IMG/VR virus record: IMGVR_UViG_3300012942_000064
Span: 1 to 47,652 of that record
Source of the DNA: a virus
Taxonomy: Duplodnaviria > Caudoviricetes
Strand: one strand, 5' to 3'
Length of the DNA: 47,652 nt
Shown: one piece after another, positions 1-9,400 of the stretch
How the letters are laid out: the number at the start of each line of letters is the position of its first letter
Position numbering within the stretch: the first letter of the stretch is position 1
Notes under the pieces: generated by a model
Database searches by the model: none
Told to the model about the DNA's origin: nothing
Seen by the model: only the letters and a program-made list of their open reading frames with translations
Program-made: the position numbers and the translations under genes

Positions 1-420
1 GGGGGTATCAAGGGGGGTCTATAGGTGAGATTGGAGGGGGTCTAGGGGGCATGACAGGGGGGTCTATAGGGGGTATCAAGGCCTAGGCCTGGGACACTAG
101 GCCTAGCTAGTGACCTGATAGGCGAGACTGAGAGATTGCTCACATAGCCTAGGTGTAGCAAGGCCTAGGCCTATAATTTCTGAGATTATTTCAATCATAT
201 CTAACACATAGCTAGCTAGTAGCTAGTCAATAGCTAAGTAGATTCATGTCAGATTCATAGACATGAGTGCTCATGACTCATGTTCATGTGCAATTTCTAT
301 GAAATTTCTTACAAGAATGGCTCACAGAACATTCATAGGAACGACATAGGCATCATGCAGCAAACTCCCGGTCGGCATCGAGGGACCTCCCGCGAAAAAC
401 TCAGGGTCCCGTCGATTATA
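1..420. repeat. Non-coding region of G-tracts, short direct repeats and palindromes upstream of terminase (candidate packaging/terminus/origin region)
   Basis: Six G5-G6 tracts in 1-73; direct repeats GGGGGTATCAAGG (1-13, 69-81) and AGGGGGGTCTATAGG (11-25, 56-70); palindrome AGGCCTAGGCCT at 79-90 and 161-172; CTAG cluster ~84-226; CATG cluster ~245-290; imperfect inverted repeat 377-416; no ORF in the track. Confidence 0.75.
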
Positions 421-573
421 CGGCTTCGCTCTCACATAACTAACGCACTTTAACTAAATATAGCACATTATATTAAAAAGTCAACCTACTGAATCCCCAT
501 CCCACAGTTTCTGGCCTGTACGATAAGAAAAGATTTGAGGTCAAGGTTCTTAAATCTCGTTCAGTACGAACAA

Positions 574-582
574 TGTTATGAT
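574..582 (+). promoter_or_regulatory. Extended -10 promoter (TGTTATGAT) for terminase
   Basis: Matches TGnTAnnnT, 32 nt upstream of the terminase ATG; the same consensus recurs in other intergenic gaps. Confidence 0.6.
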
Positions 583-614
583 AGTAGTCAGACATATCGA
601 CCGAAAGATGAACC

Positions 615-2036
615 ATGGCCCGCAGTCTTGCTGAAGAAGTCGCCCTTCTATCTCCTGAAGAGCAGGAGGAAGTGCTGAAGGATTTCGACATGAACACCCT
701 TCAATGGGATTGGTCGTTCTGGGGGCGTCCGGAGCAGCGTCCACCTCTTGACAACTCATGGGATATTTGGCTATACTTAGCAGGCCGCGGGGCGGGAAAA
801 TCCCGTAGTGCCTCCGAATGGTTACGTGATCAGGCGAAAGACACCTCGCAGGGCATGCGACGATTCCTGATCGTCGGACGAACGGCCGCAGACGTACGAG
901 ACGTTCAGATCATGGGAGACTCCGGCATCCTCGCCGTATCGCCGGAGTCGGAGCGTCCGGAGTATCACCCGTCCAAGACGGAACTCGTCTGGCCCAATGG
1001 CAACATCGCGGTACTTCGTTCCGCTGACGAGCCAGAAGGTATCCGAGGAATCCAGGCACATGCTGCCCTCTGCGATGAGCTTGCCGCCTGGCGTGTGCCT
1101 TCCGGGCGTGACGAACTGAGTGCCTGGGACCAGGTACGAATCGCTACCCGTCTGGGTTCACATCCGCAGATCGTTGCCACGACCACCCCGAAGCGCACCT
1201 CCAGTGTCATCAACCTGCTCAACGAGAAGAAGACCAACCCGAGAATCTACATCACCCGAGGTTCTACATTCGACAATGCCTCCAACCTGGTCAAGACCTA
1301 TATCCAAGGTGTGGTCGGCGTGTACGGCGGCACGAACCTGGCTCGCCAGGAGCTTTATGGTGACCTCCTGGAGGCCGTGGAAGGTGCGCTCTGGAACGAA
1401 CAAGTCATTGATGACAGTCGGGAACTATCCCTACCACCGCTCACGCCGCTGCGCATCATCGGTGTAGACCCGTCTGTGGCTGAGAATCCCAATGACGAAT
1501 GCGGCATCGTCGTGTGTGCCTCCACAGCGGATGCTGATCTCTACAAGCGTCAGGCGTGGGTCCTGGAGGATGCCTCGATCAAAGGCTCGCCGGAGGTCTG
1601 GGCCAAGCGGGTCGTGGCCATGTCCAAGAAGTGGGGAGCCCCCGTGGTGGCAGAGACCAACCAGGGCGGTGCGCTGGTGGCCAACGCCATTCACCAGGTC
1701 GATCCAACCGTGGAGGTTCTTACCGTGCATGCCAAGGTCGGCAAGCGACTTCGCGCCGAGCCGGTCACGCTACCGTATCAGCAGGGCCGTGTGCATCATG
1801 TCGGCCCACAGGGCGTATTCGAGCTTCTGGAGTCTCAGATGATCACCTGGGACCCGGAGGAGGGTCGGAAGTCTCCTGACCGCGTAGACGCGCTGGTGCA
1901 CGCTCTGACCGCCTTGCTGATCACACCACCGGCCGGATTCACGGGTGGCCGTATCCGTGCCACCTCAGCGGCTCAGCGTCGGATCAACACCAAGACCTCT
2001 TCCGGTATACGAACGCCTGCGTGGAGGGTTCGCTAA
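615..2036 (+). CDS. terL: Terminase large subunit
   Basis: Walker A AGRGAGKS, RG...ALCDE Walker B, TTTP coupling motif, RNase H-like nuclease IGVDPS, AETNQGG, SPDRVDALV. Confidence 0.95.
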   Translation: MARSLAEEVALLSPEEQEEVLKDFDMNTLQWDWSFWGRPEQRPPLDNSWDIWLYLAGRGAGKSRSASEWLRDQAKDTSQGMRRFLIVGRTAADVRDVQIMGDSGILAVSPESERPEYHPSKTELVWPNGNIAVLRSADEPEGIRGIQAHAALCDELAAWRVPSGRDELSAWDQVRIATRLGSHPQIVATTTPKRTSSVINLLNEKKTNPRIYITRGSTFDNASNLVKTYIQGVVGVYGGTNLARQELYGDLLEAVEGALWNEQVIDDSRELSLPPLTPLRIIGVDPSVAENPNDECGIVVCASTADADLYKRQAWVLEDASIKGSPEVWAKRVVAMSKKWGAPVVAETNQGGALVANAIHQVDPTVEVLTVHAKVGKRLRAEPVTLPYQQGRVHHVGPQGVFELLESQMITWDPEEGRKSPDRVDALVHALTALLITPPAGFTGGRIRATSAAQRRINTKTSSGIRTPAWRVR

Positions 2037-2254
2037 CGCTTCCTGCGGCGGGCGAGTCGCTGGAACAGTCCATCTTTATTATAGAATGGGTCATCGGTCA
2101 CATCTTCGGCCGTGATGTGCATAGAGTATCGGCGTCCATGCTTGTTGAGGATGACGATTGGGACATCATTACCGTTCATCACGACCTCGATGGCTCGAAC
2201 GACACGCAGTTCACTGATGAACTGTCCTACTGGGTTCACGGGATTAATCGGCAT
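2033..2254 (-). CDS. Hypothetical protein (73 aa)
   Basis: SD-like GAGAGG upstream on the - strand; overlaps the NADAR gene end; converges on the terL stop. Confidence 0.6.
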   Translation of the reverse strand: MPINPVNPVGQFISELRVVRAIEVVMNGNDVPIVILNKHGRRYSMHITAEDVTDDPFYNKDGLFQRLARRRKR

Positions 2255-2669
2255 CCTTATATTCCTCTCGAAGTTTCATGAGCAGTCGGCCGAGCATGTT
2301 ATTGCCCTGTCCGGAGGCCCGGTCCACGCCCCAGTATCGGTCACCCCAGGTGTTGGCTTCCACGAGTTCCGCGTCTCCGGTGCTCACGAGCTTGTCTCGA
2401 AGAGACACATTCTCGAACTTGTACCGGAGGACGGATTCCATAGCCTCGATACGGTAGGTGTCCCAGTCTGGGCGTAATGTCACGGTACGTCCACGCTCTT
2501 TGGCTTCCTTCGGCGTGGGGGCGGACAGCACGAAGTGACGCTCAGTCTTGTCCTCGGTCTTGGAGGCTTGGAACAGGTGCTCTGTGGTCGTATCTCCGAT
2601 CCACCAGAAATTGGACAGGAATCGATGATCACCATCGAATCCGTAAATCCTTGTTGCGTCTGTAGTCAT
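2244..2669 (-). CDS. NADAR (YbiA-like) family hydrolase
   Basis: FLSNF, TEHLFQASK, AKERGR..RPDW, KF, LVSTGDAELVEAN..DRYWG, G.NMLGRLLM.LRE signature motifs. Confidence 0.92.
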   Translation of the reverse strand: MTTDATRIYGFDGDHRFLSNFWWIGDTTTEHLFQASKTEDKTERHFVLSAPTPKEAKERGRTVTLRPDWDTYRIEAMESVLRYKFENVSLRDKLVSTGDAELVEANTWGDRYWGVDRASGQGNNMLGRLLMKLREEYKDAD

Positions 2670-2675
2670 AAAACT

Positions 2676-2716
2676 ATGGTAGCACGTTTTAGCTCAGTAC
2701 GAGAGTCTGGTAGACT
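2676..2716. promoter_or_regulatory. Back-to-back extended -10 promoters driving probable leaderless mRNAs
   Basis: TGCTACCAT on the - strand (2684-2676) and TGGTAGACT on the + strand (2708-2716); each ends 7 nt before the A of the respective ATG (2669, 2723); no clear SD for either gene. Confidence 0.7.
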
Positions 2717-2722
2717 GAGAAG

Positions 2723-3238
2723 ATGCCTACTCCGCCCAAGCGCCGTCCTGCCCGGGAGCAGAGCCTCCCCGAATCGGAACGCGCACTGCTCTCCACATTG
2801 AAGGGCTTCTTGCTCTATCGCCGGGTGTTCCTGCTGTTCGAGGCGGGTTGGACGTTGCGCTCTATCGGGGAGGCCTTCGATCCGGTTCGCAGCCGTTCCA
2901 CGGTACAGGCCTGGGTCAATCGGGGTCGTGAAGTAACAGAATCAGATACTTTCCCACACATTTTGACACCGGAATACGTGACACCAGCGGTATATGTGCC
3001 GGTACGGCCCGCGTCTCCCGGCATCCCTCCGGACGAGTTGGCTAGGATTCAAGAACTGGCACCGATTGCGAAACGGTATCGAGCCAGCATGAATCCGCGA
3101 CATCGTGCAGCCGTGGCAAACGATGAACTGACTGCCCTCTATGGACGCTTACGATCTGAAGGTGTTTCGCTCGGAGAGCTTGCAAATGCGGCCGGAGTGT
3201 CCTATCGTGCTATTGCGAAAAGATTGGATCGAATATGA
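2723..3238 (+). CDS. Helix-turn-helix DNA-binding protein (two HTH-like motifs)
   Basis: GWTLRSIGEAFDPVRSRSTVQAWV and GVSLGELANAAGVSYRAIAKRL. Confidence 0.75.
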   Translation: MPTPPKRRPAREQSLPESERALLSTLKGFLLYRRVFLLFEAGWTLRSIGEAFDPVRSRSTVQAWVNRGREVTESDTFPHILTPEYVTPAVYVPVRPASPGIPPDELARIQELAPIAKRYRASMNPRHRAAVANDELTALYGRLRSEGVSLGELANAAGVSYRAIAKRLDRI

Positions 3239-3612
3239 GTACGGCTGTTGTCCAGGATGTGTTTCCAGCTACTGTAGCAGTGGCAACGCCGGAGTTTTCA
3301 GTGTCCGTCAACGAGTTGCGATCACAGCCTCCGACGAAGGGGGCCATCTATTTGGCCACGACCCGTGTGGTGGTGACTAAGGATCGTATCACGATTGCAC
3401 AAGATTCCAACACGGGTCCTGTGGTGGTATTCAGTGAAGGTATCGAAACCCACTTCAAGTCACCGCAACCGAACGCACAGGACTCATATGTGGTCACCTC
3501 CTCAGGCAAGAAGATCGCCTTCCGCAAGGACTCGGCATGTGGTTGCGGGTCTCGCTTGAAGTCCTGGAGGCCATTCAAGATGGTAGGTAGCACGAAAGAC
3601 CCCTCATCATGA
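3235..3612 (+). CDS. Hypothetical beta-rich protein with CGCG motif
   Basis: ATGA overlap with the upstream gene; ACGCGSRL near the C-terminus. Confidence 0.7.
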   Translation: MSTAVVQDVFPATVAVATPEFSVSVNELRSQPPTKGAIYLATTRVVVTKDRITIAQDSNTGPVVVFSEGIETHFKSPQPNAQDSYVVTSSGKKIAFRKDSACGCGSRLKSWRPFKMVGSTKDPSS

Positions 3613-4139
3613 TGACGGATATCAGAAAGCTGATCCCCGGAGATTCGGCGTGGCGGACTTGGGGGATCAATGGTGCACGCAGGACCGGTAAAACCTGGCT
3701 GACCGTACAGTACATGAATCAAGTCGCTCGGGATCATCCGAGAGACCATATTCTGTATGTCACCGCCGAACGACCTCCGCGACAGACACTCTTAAATCTC
3801 CGGCAGATGCTGAACTCAGATGTGTTCACCGAGTATTCGGATACTCAGATAAGAACTCGCCTCGGGGGAACCGTGGATGTGGTGTCCTATACGACGATGC
3901 GAGATCGTATTCGGGGGTGTACCTATAGGCTGGGTGTATTGCAGGACTATACGGAGTGGCATAATCGGGCGGGTTGGTTTGCATTTCAGGATATGCTTGA
4001 CGCTACGAATATAGATGGTCAATGTATTCTAGAGGGTACCTGGAATTATTTGCATGTAACAGATATTGATGCTGATCTGAATACCTGGCGAGCAGATGAT
4101 CCGATCTCTCATCGGCATACCACGTTGTCTGACGGGTAG
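3609..4139 (+). CDS. P-loop protein resembling an isolated terminase ATPase domain
   Basis: INGARRTGKT Walker A, ILYVT strand, IRG..YRLGVLQDY (degenerate Walker B); ATGA overlap. Confidence 0.6.
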   Translation: MMTDIRKLIPGDSAWRTWGINGARRTGKTWLTVQYMNQVARDHPRDHILYVTAERPPRQTLLNLRQMLNSDVFTEYSDTQIRTRLGGTVDVVSYTTMRDRIRGCTYRLGVLQDYTEWHNRAGWFAFQDMLDATNIDGQCILEGTWNYLHVTDIDADLNTWRADDPISHRHTTLSDG

Positions 4140-4150
4140 ATCACGTAACC

Positions 4151-4456
4151 ATGACTGATCTTACGAATATGACATTGCTCATCTTCCTCATCCTATCCTT
4201 GGCCACGTTTCGAATTCTTCGACTTATCATAGAAGATGCAGTCCTGGAGGGGTTTAGGGAGTGGGTATGGAAAAGATTTCCTCCTGAAACCAGTAAGTTA
4301 GGCTATATCTTAACGTGTTATTGGTGTCTGGGGTTCTGGATTTCTGGTATAGTAGTCGTACTGTACTTGATTGTCCCGATACCCACCCTGATCGGTGCCC
4401 TGATCCTTGCGATTTCCGCAGCAGCAGGACTCATTGATCGCAAGCTGAACGAGTGA
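4151..4456 (+). CDS. Small membrane protein, DUF1360-like
   Basis: Three hydrophobic helices; ATFRILRLIIED and LTCYWCLGFW motifs; directly precedes portal. Confidence 0.75.
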   Translation: MTDLTNMTLLIFLILSLATFRILRLIIEDAVLEGFREWVWKRFPPETSKLGYILTCYWCLGFWISGIVVVLYLIVPIPTLIGALILAISAAAGLIDRKLNE

Positions 4457-6192
4457 ACATGGCGAATCCCTTCCGTAAGCCGAACGACTACGAAGCCCAA
4501 CCTGCGGAGAGCACCACGTATGATGCCCCACGGGCTATCACGGCTGCGGCAGACCGGATTGACCTCACCAACAAGACTGAGGTCGATCTCTTCAAGGCCC
4601 GCAAGAACTCTACTACCTCGATGTGGCAAGGAGCCGCCTGGGAATACTATGATGCTATCGGTGAAGTCAAGTACGCCTTCAACCTCGTAGCCAACATCGT
4701 GGCTCGAATCCGACTGTTCGCAGCCGTCGTCAAAGACCAGTCACAAGCCCCAGTCAACCTGAAGACCACAGACGGGGTTGACCCAGACCTGGCGGACGCC
4801 GCCACTCGTGCCCTGGCACGCCTAGACTCTGCATACGGTGGGCAGGCTGGTCTGCTGCGTGATGCCGCCCTCAACCTCAGCGTAGTCGGGGAATGCTATC
4901 TCGTCCAGGTTCCGGAACGACGCGGCCAGAAGCTACCAGAGACCTGGGACGTACGTTCTGTGGATGAGCTACAGGCTCAGGGAGACAACAAGTGGAGTAT
5001 CACGCCCCGGCGTGACCTGATCGGGGCGGCGGCGAACAAGCCCGGCATCATCAACCTGCCCCCGGAGTCCTTCGTCGGCCGCATCTGGCGACCGCATGCA
5101 CGCTTCTCCGAGGAGCCCGATTCCAGCATGCGTGGTCTGCTTGACCTCATGGATGAGTTGCTGCTCCTCAACCGCACCTACCGGGCCATGCACCGATCCC
5201 GACTCAACGCGGGACTACTCTACATCCCGGATGGCATCTCCAAGGCCGCAGAAGCCGACCCGGACCTGTTTGCCGATGATCCCGAGCAGGAGACCCCAGA
5301 AGAGGCCGCAGACACCTTCGAAGAAGCCTTGCTAGAGGCGATGTCCACCCCGATTGAGGACGAATCCTCGGCTGCCGCCGTGGTACCGCTTCTCGTTCGT
5401 GGCCCTGGTGCGGAAGCCAATAACCTGAAGTACCTCTCCTTCCAGCGTTCCTTCGAGGACGCCATGAACCAGCGCTATGACAAGCTGCTGGAGCGCATCC
5501 TTCAGGGTCTTGATGTCCCGAAGGACACTGTGACCGGTATGGCGAACATCAAGTACTCCAACGCCATTCAGATCGATGAGTCTCTCTACAAGGCGCACAT
5601 CGAGCCGATGCTGCTGCTCATCGCGGATTCCATCACCGTCATCTACCTGCGACCATATCTGATCAGCCAGGGCTGGTCACAGGCTGATGTGGAGCGCATC
5701 GTCGTCTGGTATGACCCGTCCAGCGTCGCTACCCGCAACGACCGGGCTGCCGATGCGGACTCCGGATATGACAAGAAGGTCATCTCGGGTGAGACTTGGC
5801 GGCGTGCCCATGGATTCACGAATGCGGATGCTCCGAACCCGCAGGAGATGGTGCTGCGTCTGCTACAAGACAAGGCGACATTCACACCGGACTTCTCTCA
5901 GCAGTTGCTGAGCATCATTGCTCCGGATGTCATGGAAGCACTTCGCCAAGTCAATCAGGCGACCAGTGTTGCCCCGGTTCCACAGGCGGCTAGTGATATC
6001 CTCAACGATGGCACCAGTGCTCCGGGGGCTGCGCCGGATGCACCCCAGGTAGCTGAACCGGTAGCTCCTGACCAGGACGGCCCACCATTCCCGCTGGCTG
6101 AACCCACCTCTGCTACTACTGACACTGACACCCAGGATAATGAGCAAACCCAGGGGCAGCCTGCTCAGGATGAAGAAGAGACCCAATCATGA
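4453..6192 (+). CDS. Portal protein
   Basis: WQGAAWEYYDAIGEVKY, LNLSVVGECYL, RIWRPH, RSRLNAGLLYIP, AVVPLLVRGP motifs of cluster-B-type actinophage portals; position downstream of terminase. Confidence 0.9.
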   Translation: MNMANPFRKPNDYEAQPAESTTYDAPRAITAAADRIDLTNKTEVDLFKARKNSTTSMWQGAAWEYYDAIGEVKYAFNLVANIVARIRLFAAVVKDQSQAPVNLKTTDGVDPDLADAATRALARLDSAYGGQAGLLRDAALNLSVVGECYLVQVPERRGQKLPETWDVRSVDELQAQGDNKWSITPRRDLIGAAANKPGIINLPPESFVGRIWRPHARFSEEPDSSMRGLLDLMDELLLLNRTYRAMHRSRLNAGLLYIPDGISKAAEADPDLFADDPEQETPEEAADTFEEALLEAMSTPIEDESSAAAVVPLLVRGPGAEANNLKYLSFQRSFEDAMNQRYDKLLERILQGLDVPKDTVTGMANIKYSNAIQIDESLYKAHIEPMLLLIADSITVIYLRPYLISQGWSQADVERIVVWYDPSSVATRNDRAADADSGYDKKVISGETWRRAHGFTNADAPNPQEMVLRLLQDKATFTPDFSQQLLSIIAPDVMEALRQVNQATSVAPVPQAASDILNDGTSAPGAAPDAPQVAEPVAPDQDGPPFPLAEPTSATTDTDTQDNEQTQGQPAQDEEETQS

Positions 6193-6398
6193 GTATGATT
6201 AACATTCTGGACCTGCATAAGAACGTGGTGGGGACCATTGAGACCAGCGGGAATGGTCAGGCTATCATCAGTGCTGCCGGGTATGCCGAATCCCTCGTTG
6301 ACTATTATAGAAAGACTGGGTTGACAGACTCGTCTATCATCCGAAAGTTCACGTCCGGGTGGGCGAGTAATTATCTGCATGCCGAAGTTGCTGCTTAA
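6189..6398 (+). CDS. Hypothetical protein (69 aa)
   Basis: ATGA overlap with the portal stop; fills the gap before the next promoter. Confidence 0.65.
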   Translation: MSMINILDLHKNVVGTIETSGNGQAIISAAGYAESLVDYYRKTGLTDSSIIRKFTSGWASNYLHAEVAA

Positions 6399-6403
6399 CG
6401 AAT

Positions 6404-6419
6404 AATTGTGTGATAAGCT
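6404..6419 (+). promoter_or_regulatory. Extended -10 promoter for the giant gene
   Basis: AATTGTG-TGATAAGCT; AATTGTGT is shared with the capsid promoter at 22823. Confidence 0.55.
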
Positions 6420-6459
6420 GATCAGGATGCCGAATAGCTTAGAAGGAAACCAATACTCC

Positions 6460-9400
6460 ATGCCTAATCAACTGCATGCTCTACTCGCCGGAGTCTTCTC
6501 CGGGGGCAACTCCCGTGCTGCACGTTCTCTGCGTGCTCACCTCCAGCTTCGCGACCGTTATGGACGATTCGTCTGGATGGGCGGTGGCATCAAGTTCAAG
6601 GTTCGTCTTCCTAACGGGTCCACACCTTCTGTCATCGGTAAGTACGTCGGAGCAGTCTCCCCCGGCGTGGGTCAGATTTATGTGCAGGACGATCCGAATG
6701 GCTTGAAGACTGGTTTCTATGATGTCAACTCGAACAACATTCAGCAATATGTAGCAGAGCTTTCTCCGGATGCATTGGCCCGGCAGAACATTCAGATCGG
6801 CAAGGATGCCGCAGGGAACCCGGTAGGGGCGCGTACGGCCGAGGACATTCCGGATGTGGCTAGTGTGCCGTTCAGTGAGGCTCCTACCGGTTGGAAGGTC
6901 ACCGAGAAGGACCAGAACGACAACCCGGTCAGCTTCGCGACCGATGATGGTGACTTCGGCTATGATACGAAGGCGTTCGGTGCTCCGGTCATCTGGAAGA
7001 AGGATTCCGGCATCTACCAGAAGGTGGATGACTGGGCGCAGGCCATTGACAAGATCAACAATGTGGACTCGGGTGATGAGGACTGGGAGGCCAGTGTCAC
7101 CGACGTGGCTGAGGCCAACCCGGATGAGAACGCCAAGAAGCTCGACAAGCTGAATAAGCAGCGGGACATGTTGAACGACAAGCTCAGCAAGACCGCAAAT
7201 GGTGACCAGGCTGACCGCATCTCTGACCAGATTGACAAGATCGATGCGCAGATTGAGGCTCTGGAAGGACAGACCTCAGATCAGGGCCAGACCCCCGCGG
7301 GCGGTTCCGAATTCGACACGGACACCAACGGTGTCGCCAAGCAGGGATTCATCATCCCGACCGGCAAGAAGACTGCTGATGCTTCTCCGGAGGGTCTAGC
7401 CAAGCTCGTCAATGATGAGAAGGACTACCTGACCGAAGGTGGCGGCAAGCGCCTCGTCATCGATGATGACAACCACACCGCTGAAATCTACTCGTCCGCA
7501 GCCGACCTCAATGAGGCCAAGGCGCAGGCGGGCGGCATGGGTGCCCCGGAGATCATCTCACTGGAGACCGGCGAGCACATCACCAACGATAAGGCCGACA
7601 ATTACAATGAGAACTCCGGGACCCCCGAAGGCGGAGACGCCCCAGAGGGGTCCGGCCAACCGGACGACAACACTGAGACAACGGATCAGGCTGCTCCTAC
7701 CTCCAAGTCCGGAACAGGTGTTACCCGAAAGGATGTCGCCACCGCGGTGGGATGGTCCGGTGATGGTCTGTCCCATTATGATGAGAATGGTCAGCCGATT
7801 GATCTGACGCAGGATCGCGTCACTCGTCGTGCAGCGACTAAGTTCCGCAAGGACAAGCATACCGAGAACATGACCCCCGAGGAGAAGCAGGCGCTTGCGG
7901 CTGATCTTCGTAAGAAGGCGGCGGGTACTCAAGGCTTTGAGAAGCCAGAAGAGGCGAAGCCGCGCCAAGACGCACTGAAGCGCGTTGCTGACCAGATCGA
8001 ATCTGGTGGCATCGCGGCACCGAAGAAAAGAGAGACTAAGAATGCCCAAAAGAGTGATTCCGATTCCCAGCAATCTGAAGGACATGACGCCGGATCAAAT
8101 CCAGCAGTGGACGACGCAGATCAGCCAGCCGAGCAGCAGCCCGACAGTAAGTCCGGATCAGCCGCAGACACCGGAGACGAGTCCAGCACCGACTCCTCAG
8201 AGCAACGAGGAGACGCCGACAGCCGAACAGAGCAGCAGCCCGCAGACTCCGACGCAACCGGCACCGAACGATCAACAGAGTCAGCCCCAGAGCTAGATGC
8301 GCTCGACCAGGAGATTCCGAAGGACATCGAAGGTCTGAAGCGACGACTGGCCGCACTGGAGCGCATGACCCGCCGCGTCAAGGCTGATGATCCGAACTTC
8401 GACAAGGCACATGAGGCCTACCAGCAGGTGGCGAAGCGCCTGGACGAGCAGCCTGAGGATCATCAGGCGGAGCCGGGCTCCGTGGAGGACTTGCAGCACC
8501 GCGCTCAGGTGCTTCAGGATGCGTTCGATGACCCGAACATTCGGCCGAAGGACAAGATCGATCTCAGTGACAAGATTGATGAGATCGCAGATCGGATCGA
8601 CGCCAAGCAGGATGAAGAGGAGGCTGCACCGGATACTTCTCGTGAGGGTCTGCAAGCCCACCTTCAGGAGCTTCAGGCTCGACGTGATGCCTCTCAGCGT
8701 CCGGCGCAGCAGCGCATCCTGGACAAGCAGATCAAGGAGACGCAGGACCAGATCGATGCACTTCCGGAGGAGCAGGGCGATGCCGTTGACGCGGCAGCGC
8801 CGGAGGCTCCGACCAGCTTTGATGTGATCGATGCTGGTCGAACGGGAAGTGACGCAGCCAAGGCGTTTGCGCAGAAGCTTCAGGACTGGGCTGATCAGAA
8901 CGATGTTGACGTGCACGATGGTGGACGCCTTGAGGGCATGATGTCCGCTCTCTTGGAGAAGCCATCCAACAACCAGGCTAATGATTTGAAGGTCATTGTT
9001 GATGCTGATGGGGTGCCGACCGCAGTCATGGGAACTCAACGCCTTGTTCGTATGAGTCCGAAGACCCGCAAGTTCTTGCCGAGTGAACTGTCTGTTGTGT
9101 CTCTCTATACTAGAGAGGATGGCACTGGAGCCGGTTCTCATCTGATGCAGGAGGCGGCTAAGGAAGCATCTGACTTGCATCGTCGTCTGACGGTATCGGG
9201 TGCAACTCCGGAGGCCGTACCATATTACAAGAAGCTTGGGGCAACGTTCCGGGATGGCGCACGACCCGATGGTCTATCGGATGGTACCTGGTCTGATAAG
9301 AAGCGTGATGCCCTCGCCTCCCCCACTGCACCAGCACCCGAGCCGGAGGCTGCACCTGCTGCCACGAATTTGGCGGATAAGTATCCGGAGTTTGCGGCCA

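Noticed and set aside
1-300. Possible CRISPR array or tRNA in the repeat-rich leader
   Set aside because: Repeats are at most 15 nt, irregular and lack unique equal-length spacers; no cloverleaf or T-loop motif seen
6406-6459. ORF-track start of the giant gene at TTG 6406
   Set aside because: Overlaps the predicted -10 box; ATG 6427 (leaderless) or 6460 (SD) fits better
7985-8296. Alternate-frame + strand ORF within a linker of the giant gene
   Set aside because: Low-complexity Pro/Gln/Ser/Thr translation of an acidic linker; no independent support
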